Shown: positions 35,537-45,255, counted from the stretch's first letter. The stretch is 60,849 bases of DNA from a virus (IMGVR_UViG_3300042452_000489:1-60849), one strand, 5' to 3'. Notes: generated by a model from the sequence alone, not told the origin. Made by a program: numbers and translations.

Positions 35537-37747
35537 TTATCGGGCCAACGCTTGGTTGCGTTTCATGTCCCGGCGGCCCGATCTGCCGGCCGGATATCCA
35601 GCGACGGCTTGCTGCGATTGGCGAACCCTCTCGTTGAAAGCTGACTTCTGTTTTGCCGAAAGCCCAGGCGGGTAGGTAATGCCAGTTTGCTGCATCTGAC
35701 GCATCGCTTCGGCTTGTTCGGACGAATGCAGGCTGCGGCCGGGCTGCGCAAATGGGTTTTCGTACGGCGTCCCGCGCGACGGCGGAGCGACTGGGTTCGC
35801 TTGGCCGGGAAGGGACGGAGGCATCATCCCTAGTTCCATCATTTTCTGTCTGGCGTTCTCCGCGGCAGGCCCGTCAGAGTTCAGCGCCCATTCGCGCACG
35901 CTAGGCGTGGACAGGTACTCCTTCCAGATGCCTTGGCTGCTGCCGGGCTTCGCGAATGGCTTTTCGGACGCGACTGGAGTAGCAGGTGGCGTCCCCCAGT
36001 TGCCTACAAAGAAGTCGTCCTCGGCGGGGCGTGGCGGCGGCAAGGGCTGTCGCGACGGCGGTGCGGGAGGGCCGTCCCCAAACCGCGATACGTCATAAGC
36101 AACTACGCCACTCACCGGGTTGGGTCGCCACTTCCACTGTCCGTTGCTGTAGGTGACAGCCTTGCCGGTTCCATGGTCAACGCGGATGGTGCCCTCGGCC
36201 GGCGGCTGATACGCGGGCTGGGTGGGGCGGTACGGTGTCCCCTGAGACGGCGGAGCGATGGGAATGGCTTGGCTTGGGAGCCCATAATTGCCGTATTCGT
36301 ACCCGGCAGTACCTTGGGGCCGCTGCGGGGATCCCTGAGCCTCCATCTCCGCAATCTGTCTGCGAAGTCCTTCGGCCTGCTGCGCGTACTGCTCCGCGGC
36401 GCCGGGGAAGGCTTCCCCCCACGTTCTCTTCGCTTCGTCCCACATGCGCGGCGGAGACGCCGCATCGCGCTCCGCCTTATCCAGTTCGTCACGCAGTCGG
36501 GACAACGGAAATTTCCCCCCCACCCAGCCGGTCCCCGGGCGAGGAGAAAGACCGGTGCCGCTGAACTCCTCGCCGGTCTGCGGGTTGTGCCAGTAACTAA
36601 CCACCATGGGCTTGTAGCTGCCCGGGTTTGGGTCGTAGAAGTCTCCCGCAATTTCGTTTATAGATCGCGTGCGACGTTGCGGGGCTCCCCAGCCGGGGAG
36701 GCCCTGGTCGCGGTCGTCCACCCCGTCGCCGTTGATGTCAGGGAAGCCCATTACTGTCCCGATACCGCCGCGGAGTTCTGGAGGCGTGCCGTACCCGGGC
36801 GCTGGTCCCTGCTGCCCGCCCATGCCGTACCCGTCGTTCATCGTTCCGCCGGGGTAGTAGGCGGGCTGCTGCGGGGCACCAGGGCTGGAGAAACCTGGCT
36901 GGAAGGCGTCTGGCGATGGCGGGGCAATGGTCGGCGCAGGGCGACCGGCCTGGCGATCTTCCCAATTCGCTATGATTGAAGCCGACCGCGGATCGTTGGG
37001 GTTGTTAAGCGCCCAGGTGTAGTACTGCCTGCCGCCATCGCGAAGCACTGTCTCGGGGAATGGCGACCCGGGGACATTTCTTACTGCGCTGGGGTTTCCG
37101 TAGCTTAGGTTTTGCTGCGGCGAGCCGCCAAACTGGCTGTTGAGCCGCGCGATCAGGCTGTCGCCATACTCAGGTGACATGGATGGAGCGCCACCGGCAA
37201 GACCCGCCTGCTGCATGGCAAGCTGGTAGTCGATGCCGGGATTCATTCCAGCGGCAGGGTTCGTCGGCCCGCCGGAATTGAAGGCGATCTGATTCTGCAT
37301 CCGCTGCTGGTTGATCTGGTTGACGAACGCATCCCGCTCCGCAAACGGGTCCATGCTGGCCCCCCAAGGAGTCTGGGCCGGCGCCATCTGGAAAGGCGGC
37401 GGCTGCATGGGGGAGATCCGCTCATTGGCCCCCTGTGGAGCTGACCAATTGGGCGTGGCCTGACCAGTGCGTTCGTTGAAGTAAGGCGTGCCACCCGCGT
37501 ACATGGTGTCGCCACCGAGCGGCAGCGGCCTAGACGGCGGTGCAAAGTCCGGACGGCGAGGGGCGCTCGGCTGCTGGCCATACTGTGGCCGCTCATTCGC
37601 GTTCGGGGTGTACGCCTGATAGGGCGTGCCCTGCGACTGCTGCTGCGGCTGCGCTTGGCCGGGCTTGTATTGATTCATGGAGGGCGGCTGCGCCCCGTAG
37701 GTGTTCTGCGTCGGCCTGTTGGCCGTTGGCCGCATCATGGAACTCAT
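35537..37747 (-). CDS. Pro/Gln/Gly-rich, probably disordered protein (736 aa)
   Basis: Low complexity; repeated (S)QGTPY / APPS(Q/R)GTPY; one DINGDGVDD loop. Confidence 0.7.
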   Translation of the reverse strand: MSSMMRPTANRPTQNTYGAQPPSMNQYKPGQAQPQQQSQGTPYQAYTPNANERPQYGQQPSAPRRPDFAPPSRPLPLGGDTMYAGGTPYFNERTGQATPNWSAPQGANERISPMQPPPFQMAPAQTPWGASMDPFAERDAFVNQINQQRMQNQIAFNSGGPTNPAAGMNPGIDYQLAMQQAGLAGGAPSMSPEYGDSLIARLNSQFGGSPQQNLSYGNPSAVRNVPGSPFPETVLRDGGRQYYTWALNNPNDPRSASIIANWEDRQAGRPAPTIAPPSPDAFQPGFSSPGAPQQPAYYPGGTMNDGYGMGGQQGPAPGYGTPPELRGGIGTVMGFPDINGDGVDDRDQGLPGWGAPQRRTRSINEIAGDFYDPNPGSYKPMVVSYWHNPQTGEEFSGTGLSPRPGTGWVGGKFPLSRLRDELDKAERDAASPPRMWDEAKRTWGEAFPGAAEQYAQQAEGLRRQIAEMEAQGSPQRPQGTAGYEYGNYGLPSQAIPIAPPSQGTPYRPTQPAYQPPAEGTIRVDHGTGKAVTYSNGQWKWRPNPVSGVVAYDVSRFGDGPPAPPSRQPLPPPRPAEDDFFVGNWGTPPATPVASEKPFAKPGSSQGIWKEYLSTPSVREWALNSDGPAAENARQKMMELGMMPPSLPGQANPVAPPSRGTPYENPFAQPGRSLHSSEQAEAMRQMQQTGITYPPGLSAKQKSAFNERVRQSQQAVAGYPAGRSGRRDMKRNQALAR

Positions 37748-37896
37748 CGGTCCTCCTGTTCCGTGGTGAGCGAGTCGGTGCCCATGCCGAAGCCTGTCAG
37801 CATTCGCAGGCGGGCCATGTCTGGCATGGCCTCGTCCATACGCGCCTCGGCAATGAGCTGCCGCAGGAAGTCAAGGTTTTGGATTGCTGGTTCCAT
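37744..37896 (-). CDS. 50-aa hypothetical protein
   Basis: Manual translation MEPAIQNLDFLRQL...; ATGA coupling. Confidence 0.5.
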   Translation of the reverse strand: MEPAIQNLDFLRQLIAEARMDEAMPDMARLRMLTGFGMGTDSLTTEQEDR

Positions 37897-37900
37897 ATAC

Positions 37901-37938
37901 AGAAAACGCCGCTGACAGGTTGCCCCGCCAGCGGCGTC
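37901..37938 (-). terminator. Intrinsic terminator after the capsid genes
   Basis: GACGCCGCTGGCGGG-GCAA-CCTGTCAGCGGCGTT-TTCT. Confidence 0.8.
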
Positions 37939-37965
37939 CCCCGATTGCCCGCGAAGGGCAAAATG

Positions 37966-38232
37966 TCAGGTGCCGATCAGGCCGTAGTTCTGAAGGGCAG
38001 TCTTCAAGGTTCCAAAGTCCGTCACGGCCGCACTGGTTGCCCGGGTCGAACCCGTGCCACCAAAGAACGCCAGGGTGCCTCCGGTTACGCCCAGGCGGAG
38101 CGTGGTTGCCCCGACCGTGAGCGCGCTAGAGGTGCCCGTGGTGTGCCGGACGACATTGCCGATCTCATTGCCGGCCTGCTCATCAGCAAGGCCGATAATG
38201 ATCTTCTGTCGAACGGAATCGTCCGCTGCCAT
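37966..38232 (-). CDS. Small virion protein (head fibre-like)
   Basis: TLAFFG...ALQNYGLI C-terminus; follows the capsid genes. Confidence 0.6.
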   Translation of the reverse strand: MAADDSVRQKIIIGLADEQAGNEIGNVVRHTTGTSSALTVGATTLRLGVTGGTLAFFGGTGSTRATSAAVTDFGTLKTALQNYGLIGT

Positions 38233-38244
38233 TTAGTTGCCCCC

Positions 38245-38799
38245 TCAAATCTGGACGACGCTGGCGATGATGCTGACGTTGTTGGTGGTGCCCGACACCA
38301 CCCGACCGATGCGGCCGACCTGCGGAGCGACAGTCACGCTGACCGTAGCACCGTAGCCGCCGGTGCCCGCCGAGTCCGTGGCGTTGGTGATGTTAGCCGT
38401 GGCAGCAGCCACAACATCACCAACAGCCACGGTCTGGCCGACAAGCAGCTCGGTCGGACCCTGAACCGTCACCCAGAACACATCATTCGCGGCAACGCCC
38501 GTCGATGGCAGGAACTCATCCACAACGCCGGCCACCGCATCGTTGGTCAGCCGCGTGTAGCCACTGACAGCGGTGAAGCTGCCAGCCGCGAACGCCACCG
38601 CCCGCTTGCCGAGCAAGGTAGCGCCCGAGCTGTTGCGGACTGCGATGCAGGTCTTCAGCCGATTGCTGCGGACCTGACCAGTTCGCGGATTGACGTCAGG
38701 GAAGGTCTTGATTTCCCCGACAATGCCCGTGCCGTCAGAAGCGGACGAAACCCCGAGGGTCTGCCCAAGTGCGAACGGCGGATCGTCAAAGAGACTCAT
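38245..38799 (-). CDS. Capsid decoration / cement-like protein
   Basis: Small beta-rich ORF directly after the MCP (FWVTVQGP, VAVGD). Confidence 0.65.
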   Translation of the reverse strand: MSLFDDPPFALGQTLGVSSASDGTGIVGEIKTFPDVNPRTGQVRSNRLKTCIAVRNSSGATLLGKRAVAFAAGSFTAVSGYTRLTNDAVAGVVDEFLPSTGVAANDVFWVTVQGPTELLVGQTVAVGDVVAAATANITNATDSAGTGGYGATVSVTVAPQVGRIGRVVSGTTNNVSIIASVVQI

Positions 38800-38816
38800 C
38801 TGTCAGTACCTCGCTT

Positions 38817-39926
38817 TCAGACAACGATCTTGAAGAAGTTACGCGGCGACTTGAACTTCAAGTTGCCGAGGGTCGAAACCACGTAGCGGAATTGCTGCGT
38901 CAGCTCGTCGTAAAACGGTCCCTCGCTCACCATGAGCTGGTTTTCCATGCACAGGAGTTCGATGTTGCCAACGGCAAGACCGTAGCCCGTGTTCGCGGGG
39001 ACAGAATTTTCCCCCGAGATTTCCACCCCGTCCAGCTCAAACACATCGGTGAAGCCATAGCTCCGGAGGCCGTTGGTGCGGCTGACGACCACCCGCTCCT
39101 TGGCATCCAGGGCGTTGAGGAAGTCGATGTACAGGCGCCGGTCGAACAGCACCATGTCCACCTGATCTTCCTTGCTGTCGTTCCGGCGAGTCTGGTGGAT
39201 CGCCTCACGCACAGCCTTCACGCAGTTGCTGGACCAGCTCGTTCCACCGAAGTAGGACGAGTCGGCGTTCACAATCACAGGGCTGAAGAAATCGAACTCC
39301 GGATCAGCGTTGCCGTTGGGCCAAGAGCCCACAGTCGGAGCCGAGCCGCCGTACGCGCCCAAGACGGTCGAAAGACCGGCGTAGGTGTCGTTCGGGTAGA
39401 AGAACGGATCCGCGCCGTCAGCCGTCCGGCCCGTGGCCGCGGTGTTGACGTTGATCGTCTGGGTCGCACTCATGAACGACTCAATGCCGTGGAACCGCAG
39501 CTCGTTGCCCGACGCATAACCGTCAACGATCCATTCCTTGGCAAGGTACTGCTCCATGCTGGTGAGCAGACGGTTCGACATCTTGCCGGCCACGTTGATG
39601 AGAGCCTGGGCCGAGCGGTTCTCAAGCATTTCACGCTTGTAGATCGCGTCCGTGACCTGCGCGCCACGGTACTCCAGCTCGGCCTTCTTCCAGAGGTTCT
39701 CGCGAGCGAACGACCGCGGCGTCTCACCATTGTTACCGCTCGGGTTATGGTTTCTGTACTGGATCTCCCAGTCGAAACCGCGCCCACTCATGTTGGTGCG
39801 GATCTGACCGGCGCCCTCAAGCGCGGCAAAGAACTTGTACTTCCGCAACGACGCAATCTCTTCTTCGCGAAGATGGTTGACAATCGTCGTTGCAATAGAA
39901 CGAGCCCAATCGACACTGCTACTCAT
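38817..39926 (-). CDS. Major capsid protein
   Basis: 369 aa between scaffold and decoration genes; DG...FHGIES and GFTDVFELDGVEI segments. Confidence 0.8.
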   Translation of the reverse strand: MSSSVDWARSIATTIVNHLREEEIASLRKYKFFAALEGAGQIRTNMSGRGFDWEIQYRNHNPSGNNGETPRSFARENLWKKAELEYRGAQVTDAIYKREMLENRSAQALINVAGKMSNRLLTSMEQYLAKEWIVDGYASGNELRFHGIESFMSATQTINVNTAATGRTADGADPFFYPNDTYAGLSTVLGAYGGSAPTVGSWPNGNADPEFDFFSPVIVNADSSYFGGTSWSSNCVKAVREAIHQTRRNDSKEDQVDMVLFDRRLYIDFLNALDAKERVVVSRTNGLRSYGFTDVFELDGVEISGENSVPANTGYGLAVGNIELLCMENQLMVSEGPFYDELTQQFRYVVSTLGNLKFKSPRNFFKIVV

Positions 39927-40951
39927 CAGATGACTCCATCATTTACGAGTTGGCCGCGAAGCCTGTCCTCAAAACTCATCCTCTGGCGCGGTGCCCGAGG
40001 CTCTGTGGTTCCGGCACTACGGTTCGGGGTTCGGGTGGCGCGCTCCCGCAGGAACTCCATGTTCGACTGCGCGACAGGGTCGGCAGGAACAGGCTGCGGC
40101 ACCATGGGCTGCTGCTGCATCGGGGGCATCGGCTGCGCCATCTGCGAGTGCATCTGGCGGTAGCGCAGATCCAGAAGATCGCGCTGCAGCATGCCAGTGG
40201 CGTATTTCCAGCGGGCCTCGGGCGAGGTAATCCCGATCTCGGAAGCCTGCTGGATGTACGCCTGGATAGCCTGACCTTCGCGGGAGACTTGGCCGTTCTG
40301 GTCGTACAGCCAGTCTGCGTTCTGGCGATCAAGATCCTGAACGTAGTTGCTGGCCTTGTACTGGCCGAGCTGCTTCTCAACCAGTTCCTGAGCCTTCTGC
40401 ATGGCCACTTCTTCGATGAAGGGCTTCAGCGTGTTCTCAGGGTCCGTGACGAACTTGCGAGCGAAGTTCGCGGTGTAGTCCTGATACGACCGCAGCTTCT
40501 CCTGCACGGAGATCGGGGCGTTGGGGTCGATGACCTCTTTGCCCGTCTGCGGGTCGCGGACGATGTAGGACTTGTAGGACTCTTCGACCTGCGGGGGATT
40601 CCACCACTTCGGCTTCTCGGCCGGCGCGGGCTGCGAAGCCTTGACCTGCTCCTGCTGCCACTGGCGGAACGCCTGCTCGTTGCGAAGGTATTCGTTGGCG
40701 TAGGGGACGACCTGCTGGTACTGCTGCAGGGCGCGCTGGGCTTCCTGGTAGCCGTTGAAGGAACGGTACAGGTTCTGAGCAATGGCCAGATCGTCCTGCC
40801 CCTGGAACTCGGGCAGGTGCCGGAACGCTTCGTAGGGGGTAGAAAAACCAGACGAAGAGTCGCCGGTTCCCTGCGGGGCCGCAGACTCAATCGGGGCGTC
40901 CGAAACGGGGGCTTCGGCGACGGCGGATTCGTTGAGTGTTTCGTCTGACAT
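39926..40951 (-). CDS. Capsid scaffolding protein
   Basis: Acidic low-complexity N-terminus, Gln-rich helices, short C-terminal helix; directly upstream of the MCP. Confidence 0.7.
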   Translation of the reverse strand: MSDETLNESAVAEAPVSDAPIESAAPQGTGDSSSGFSTPYEAFRHLPEFQGQDDLAIAQNLYRSFNGYQEAQRALQQYQQVVPYANEYLRNEQAFRQWQQEQVKASQPAPAEKPKWWNPPQVEESYKSYIVRDPQTGKEVIDPNAPISVQEKLRSYQDYTANFARKFVTDPENTLKPFIEEVAMQKAQELVEKQLGQYKASNYVQDLDRQNADWLYDQNGQVSREGQAIQAYIQQASEIGITSPEARWKYATGMLQRDLLDLRYRQMHSQMAQPMPPMQQQPMVPQPVPADPVAQSNMEFLRERATRTPNRSAGTTEPRAPRQRMSFEDRLRGQLVNDGVI

Positions 40952-40978
40952 TGCTGGTTTCACCTTGGGGGAAAGGCT

Positions 40979-40995
40979 CTACCAGACCAATGCAC
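40979..40995 (-). promoter_or_regulatory. Candidate late promoter
   Basis: GTGCATTGGTCTGGTAG upstream of scaffold-MCP. Confidence 0.55.
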
Positions 40996-41041
40996 AGGTA
41001 AGGGCGTTTTTGTTACGGGGAGACGCACGCCGGGTTAGGCA

Positions 41042-42163
41042 CTACTGATTCGACAGCCTTTTGATTAGTTCGTCGGCCTGCTGCTTGGCTTGGTAATCGC
41101 TGAGTTCGCCCGCGCCTGCGACGAGGAGGTCTGGCCCCAACTCAACGCCGGCATGGACTGCAGCAGCTCCTAGCCGACCAGCCTTGACCGCCGAGAGGAA
41201 TGGGCTGACGCTTGGCGGGACGGGGTTCAGAAAGGCGTCGGTGAGCATTCCTGCCCAGCGTGCTGGCCGGCGGGGGACGCCTCCACGCATGAAGAACTGC
41301 ATGCCGTCGTCTGCGGAGCCAGTTCCCTTCTGTGGGTCGCCAATCTGCGAGAGCAGAAAGGATTCGCCCGCCGCGCGCTGGTAGGGATTCCAGTTCGTAT
41401 CGGCGGGATCCTCGGCGTACTTCGCGCCATAGGCAGCGGTCTTCCAGTCTTGGTCTTGGACAGTCTCCTTGGCGATGTCGGCGTCCTTCCACGCAGAGGT
41501 GCCGCCGTCCACGCCAGCAATCGCCTGGACTGGAGCGGTGAACGTGTTCCATGCGTTGTGGAGGTTCTGCATGGCGTTCTTGTTCTTGCCTTCACCCCAG
41601 CCAAGCTCGGCCGTCGCGTACACGGCCCTCGGCAGGGAATGCATCCACGTTCCTGCCGTGTGCAGGGGAGAGCCTGGGCCAAGGACGCCAACCGACTCCC
41701 GCATGCTGCCAATCTCGTCGCGGAACCCGGCGTCGGTCGCTACGGAGCCTGCGTTGGTGGCGTAGTTCATCATCGCCTTGCGGGGTTCTTCCGACAGCAC
41801 CTGCCAAGCCTCTGGCTCCACCCCGGGCTCAGATGGAACGCCATAGGCCGCAAGCATCTTCTCCAAGTAATGCCGGCGGCGGGCGTCCATTTCGATGCGT
41901 GCGCGATCCTTCGGCCTCGTTCTGATCTCTGGGAAGCCGAGATTGGTGCGGGCACGCGCTTCCGCCTGCAGGTCCACCGGCATCTTGTCCGTCTCTTCGA
42001 TCAGAGCGCGGATGTACGCACTTGGGTTGGTTCGCGGGTTGAATCCCTGCGTCCCCGGTGTGTAGGCGTCAGGGAGCTTGAGGGATTCCAAGGCGCGCTG
42101 CTGGGCGGCACGCTCTTGGTCGGGGATGTTGCGGGCTTGCCACTGCCAGAATGATTCGGCCAC
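41042..42163 (-). CDS. Hypothetical protein, possibly internal virion
   Basis: 373-aa ORF with an amphipathic Gly/Ala C-terminus. Confidence 0.7.
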   Translation of the reverse strand: MAESFWQWQARNIPDQERAAQQRALESLKLPDAYTPGTQGFNPRTNPSAYIRALIEETDKMPVDLQAEARARTNLGFPEIRTRPKDRARIEMDARRRHYLEKMLAAYGVPSEPGVEPEAWQVLSEEPRKAMMNYATNAGSVATDAGFRDEIGSMRESVGVLGPGSPLHTAGTWMHSLPRAVYATAELGWGEGKNKNAMQNLHNAWNTFTAPVQAIAGVDGGTSAWKDADIAKETVQDQDWKTAAYGAKYAEDPADTNWNPYQRAAGESFLLSQIGDPQKGTGSADDGMQFFMRGGVPRRPARWAGMLTDAFLNPVPPSVSPFLSAVKAGRLGAAAVHAGVELGPDLLVAGAGELSDYQAKQQADELIKRLSNQ

Positions 42164-42478
42164 TTACCAGCTCCAGTTACACGCCATGGCTATTGGCCAC
42201 ACGCTCCAAGACCAGTTACAGGACCAATACCCGGGCTTCAGCTTGTCGGTCTTCTCAGAACAATTGTGCCGCGCCTTGAAGTTCTCGCGCCGGCCCTCGT
42301 CCCCGTGGCCGCGATCCGAAGAGCCTTCCTTGTAGTGCCCCATGGAGGCGTCCCCAAAACGGACCAGTCGCTCCTCGTCGCCTACCTTGGCGCGGACGAC
42401 AAACTTCTTGCCGCCCTGCACATCTCGCACGGGGCGGTTGGGGATGAGCTTTCGGATCTTGTCGCCATCAGAGTCCAC
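42164..42478 (-). CDS. Small basic viral protein (RFGD...RRENFKARH...GYWS type)
   Basis: Motif pattern recalled from small basic viral proteins; C-terminal CNWSW is duplicated. Confidence 0.7.
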   Translation of the reverse strand: MDSDGDKIRKLIPNRPVRDVQGGKKFVVRAKVGDEERLVRFGDASMGHYKEGSSDRGHGDEGRRENFKARHNCSEKTDKLKPGYWSCNWSWSVWPIAMACNWSW

Positions 42479-42758
42479 GGAGCGCTCCTTCCGGTGCAGG
42501 TGTGGAGTGCATCGCCATCAACTTGGCAAACGCCGCCGCCTCTTCCGGCGAACTAAATGATCCCAGCGACTGCCGCGAAGATTGCCACGCCGCCAACGCC
42601 TCGTCGTCCGACATCGTCCGACCGTCCGGCGTCAAGGTTTGTATCAGCAAAACTTCCCCGCTCGGGAGCGACAGCATCAGGGGCTTGCCGCTTGTGCTGT
42701 CCTCGCTCCACAGCTTCTCAAAGCCCATGGGCTGCATGTTTGATCGCGCAACGCCCAT
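42468..42758 (-). CDS. Hypothetical protein
   Basis: TGATG coupling; EVLLIQT...SDDEA...LGSFSSPEEA. Confidence 0.6.
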   Translation of the reverse strand: MGVARSNMQPMGFEKLWSEDSTSGKPLMLSLPSGEVLLIQTLTPDGRTMSDDEALAAWQSSRQSLGSFSSPEEAAAFAKLMAMHSTPAPEGALRGL

Positions 42759-43591
42759 CACTCTTCCCCCATGGCTGCGCCGGCCGCTATCGGAGCAAGG
42801 AGTCCGTACTTGCGGAGGATGCGGATGGAGTCTTCGGTGCCGGGAAACATCACGTAGTTGCGGGTGCCGCTGGCGCTGCGGCGCGAAAGCCCGTCCCAAT
42901 ATTGAATTCCTGGCACTCCTGCATTTCTAAGCTCAGAAAACACATCGAACGCCGCCTGCCTCCCTGCGGCGGCAGAGTGCCCCGCGAGCATCGGCCCTAT
43001 AGGGCCATTGAGATCGAAGTCTGGGCCTATCGTTCCGCCTTCGACTGCTGCATCAATCAAGCGCTCGTCGTCTATCACTGATCGCACGCGGTCGTTCTGG
43101 AGCGAAAGAGGCGCGTCATAATCCACCATGCTGGATGGCGAATGCGCTATTTCAACTTCGTACACGCGAGGCGGGGTTTCCAAGAACGGAAACTCTTTTG
43201 GAGTTATTGGCGCGCCAGAACGAAGCAGTTGCATTGCCTCTCTGAACATATTGCGACGAACGCGCGATCCTTTCCAAGAACCGTGGTCGCGCATTACCCT
43301 CATGGCCTCATCTGGAGTCTGATGGACAAACAGATAATCTGCGGCCATTTGCTCTGGTGATTGGTACTGCGGATGCAGTGGAATGTTCCTGTACTCTTCT
43401 GCCACTTTGGGGTTTTCGGCGAAATAAAGCCCCGGGCCATACGCCTGAGCGCCTTCGCCAGTGCCCATCTTGCTCGCATCAAACCTGTCGAAGTCATACG
43501 GGCTACCGTGGTACGCCCTGATGTACTGCGACTCTGGGGCTGATCGACCGACAGCAGCCAGGACGTCACTGAAGCGGGAGGGGTTAGCCAT
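42758..43591 (-). CDS. ADP-ribosyltransferase-fold protein of polyvalent-protein type
   Basis: AYHGSPYDFDRF...GEGAQAYGPGLYFAE...YEVEI...GIQY...NYVMF. Confidence 0.7.
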   Translation of the reverse strand: MANPSRFSDVLAAVGRSAPESQYIRAYHGSPYDFDRFDASKMGTGEGAQAYGPGLYFAENPKVAEEYRNIPLHPQYQSPEQMAADYLFVHQTPDEAMRVMRDHGSWKGSRVRRNMFREAMQLLRSGAPITPKEFPFLETPPRVYEVEIAHSPSSMVDYDAPLSLQNDRVRSVIDDERLIDAAVEGGTIGPDFDLNGPIGPMLAGHSAAAGRQAAFDVFSELRNAGVPGIQYWDGLSRRSASGTRNYVMFPGTEDSIRILRKYGLLAPIAAGAAMGEE

Positions 43592-45213
43592 CAGCGATCT
43601 TCCCCAGTCATCAGAAGCGGGGCCAGGACCGAAGCGCCAACACCCTGCTCAATGAGTCGGCGGCGCATTTCGTCGGACATGACCCCGCGGTAGATCGGCG
43701 GCGGCGATGACGATTGCGGGATGGCCTTGCGGGCGGCGTCCTGAACATCGCCAAGGTCGCGCAGCCGCTTATGGGCGGCATAGGCCGCAGATTGCTCTTC
43801 GGCCAGTCGCACCAAAAGAGGCATGTGCTGCCCAGCTGCCGCAGAGGCTTCGGCTGCGGAGAGCCCAGATCGACGCAGCTGGCTGGCGATTGCGGCTTGC
43901 AGCAATGTCCCCGCAGCCCCCACATGTTCCGGCCCGTCCGCAACGGCATTCACCAATACCGAAAACTGCGCTTGCGGCGCACGGGCGAATGCGGGGGCAG
44001 GGCCAGAGGGCTCTAGCGACCTTAAAACTTTGCGGGCCTCAACTGCCGGCCCGGTAAAGAAATCGGTTTGGTCCGCGATGGCGCCATAGCCCGGCACGGA
44101 AGCCTCGCCAGTGAAGGCTGCTTGCGATTGCGGGGCGGCATCCTCTACCAGCCCGCCCATCTTTCTGCCCAGTCGCTCCAAGGCGCCCTTCGCCACCTTG
44201 CCGTAAGCATGCTGGTAGTTCTCAATGTTGCCGCCGACCTTGTCGGCTATCGCCCTGGGGGATGCGATTTCGATGGCGCGGTGGCCCTTGCGTGCGGCCT
44301 CCAGGGCGAGGCGTTTGATGAGCAGGTCGGACCAAGCGTCTTCTAGGGGGAATGGAAGTTCCCTCTGCCCCGGCTCCCCAGAAACCACAAAGTCTCCATC
44401 GGGGCGGTAATCAACACGCCAGCCTGCTTCAATGACTCTCGCGACGTATTCTTCGTCAGTTTCGGACGGCAGTTGCTGCGGGGGCGGAAGGCTTGGCTCG
44501 GAGGCTGCCTCCCGCGCCTTCCGGTTGTGAATCCCTAAGTCCGACTGGAGTTCATTGATCCGCAGGGCGTCCCCGTGGGTATCGAAGCGGGCGTGGGCGA
44601 CGGCATCTTCGGCGGCGTCGGTGCTACTAGTTGCGGCGCGGCGCCAATGATTGCCGTATTCTCCTGCGCGGGCCCCTGGTTGCGTCAGCAGGATCTCGGT
44701 GTACCTATCGCCGCCTTGGCCGTAAGTGGCGTACTTTGGGTCGCCGTGAGCGCGGCCCTCACCGAGTCTGGATGCCTCGTCTTGATAGTCCAATACGCGG
44801 TCGGCCATGTAAGTCAGGCCACCGCCGCCGGGAACGGGCGCATAGCCTCGCTCCTGAATGACTGGCACATCGTCGGACAGCACAACCTCCTTGTGCGTGT
44901 ACACCGGGCTGCGTTCTTTGACTTGCCGCAAGAGTTCATCTCTCGGCACCACATCTCGGCCGGCGATGACCGAGTCTAGGTCAACCTCCCTCAACTCCCA
45001 GCCCGGGACGCCCTCCTTGTATCGCTTGATAAGCCCCGGGATCTCCTGCACTCGCACGTTGGCCGGCATGGCCTCAATGGCTCGCTCCAATCGCGAGTAG
45101 ATCCCAGGGCCGGGGTTGTACCCAAGAAGACCTGCGATGACGCGGCCGGCGTTGTCGGGATTAGCCGACACAAATTCCCTACTGAGGTCCGAAAGCCTGG
45201 AAGGGTTAGCCAT
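43591..45213 (-). CDS. Large-polyvalent-protein-type domain protein
   Basis: IYSRLE, YTEILLT, HW...AHARF...LRINELQSD, W-x-DL-x-x-KR motifs. Confidence 0.65.
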   Translation of the reverse strand: MANPSRLSDLSREFVSANPDNAGRVIAGLLGYNPGPGIYSRLERAIEAMPANVRVQEIPGLIKRYKEGVPGWELREVDLDSVIAGRDVVPRDELLRQVKERSPVYTHKEVVLSDDVPVIQERGYAPVPGGGGLTYMADRVLDYQDEASRLGEGRAHGDPKYATYGQGGDRYTEILLTQPGARAGEYGNHWRRAATSSTDAAEDAVAHARFDTHGDALRINELQSDLGIHNRKAREAASEPSLPPPQQLPSETDEEYVARVIEAGWRVDYRPDGDFVVSGEPGQRELPFPLEDAWSDLLIKRLALEAARKGHRAIEIASPRAIADKVGGNIENYQHAYGKVAKGALERLGRKMGGLVEDAAPQSQAAFTGEASVPGYGAIADQTDFFTGPAVEARKVLRSLEPSGPAPAFARAPQAQFSVLVNAVADGPEHVGAAGTLLQAAIASQLRRSGLSAAEASAAAGQHMPLLVRLAEEQSAAYAAHKRLRDLGDVQDAARKAIPQSSSPPPIYRGVMSDEMRRRLIEQGVGASVLAPLLMTGEDR

Positions 45214-45255
45214 CAGTAGTCTTCCCGCTCCTCAAAGAGAAACCAGAGCGGGTTG

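Noticed and set aside
16984-41000. Long plus-strand ORFs opposite the structural genes (e.g. 16984-18507, 31907-33352, 34190-35512, 38769-40163)
   Set aside because: Antisense shadows of GC-rich coding genes; no motifs, and they fully overlap well-supported minus-strand genes.
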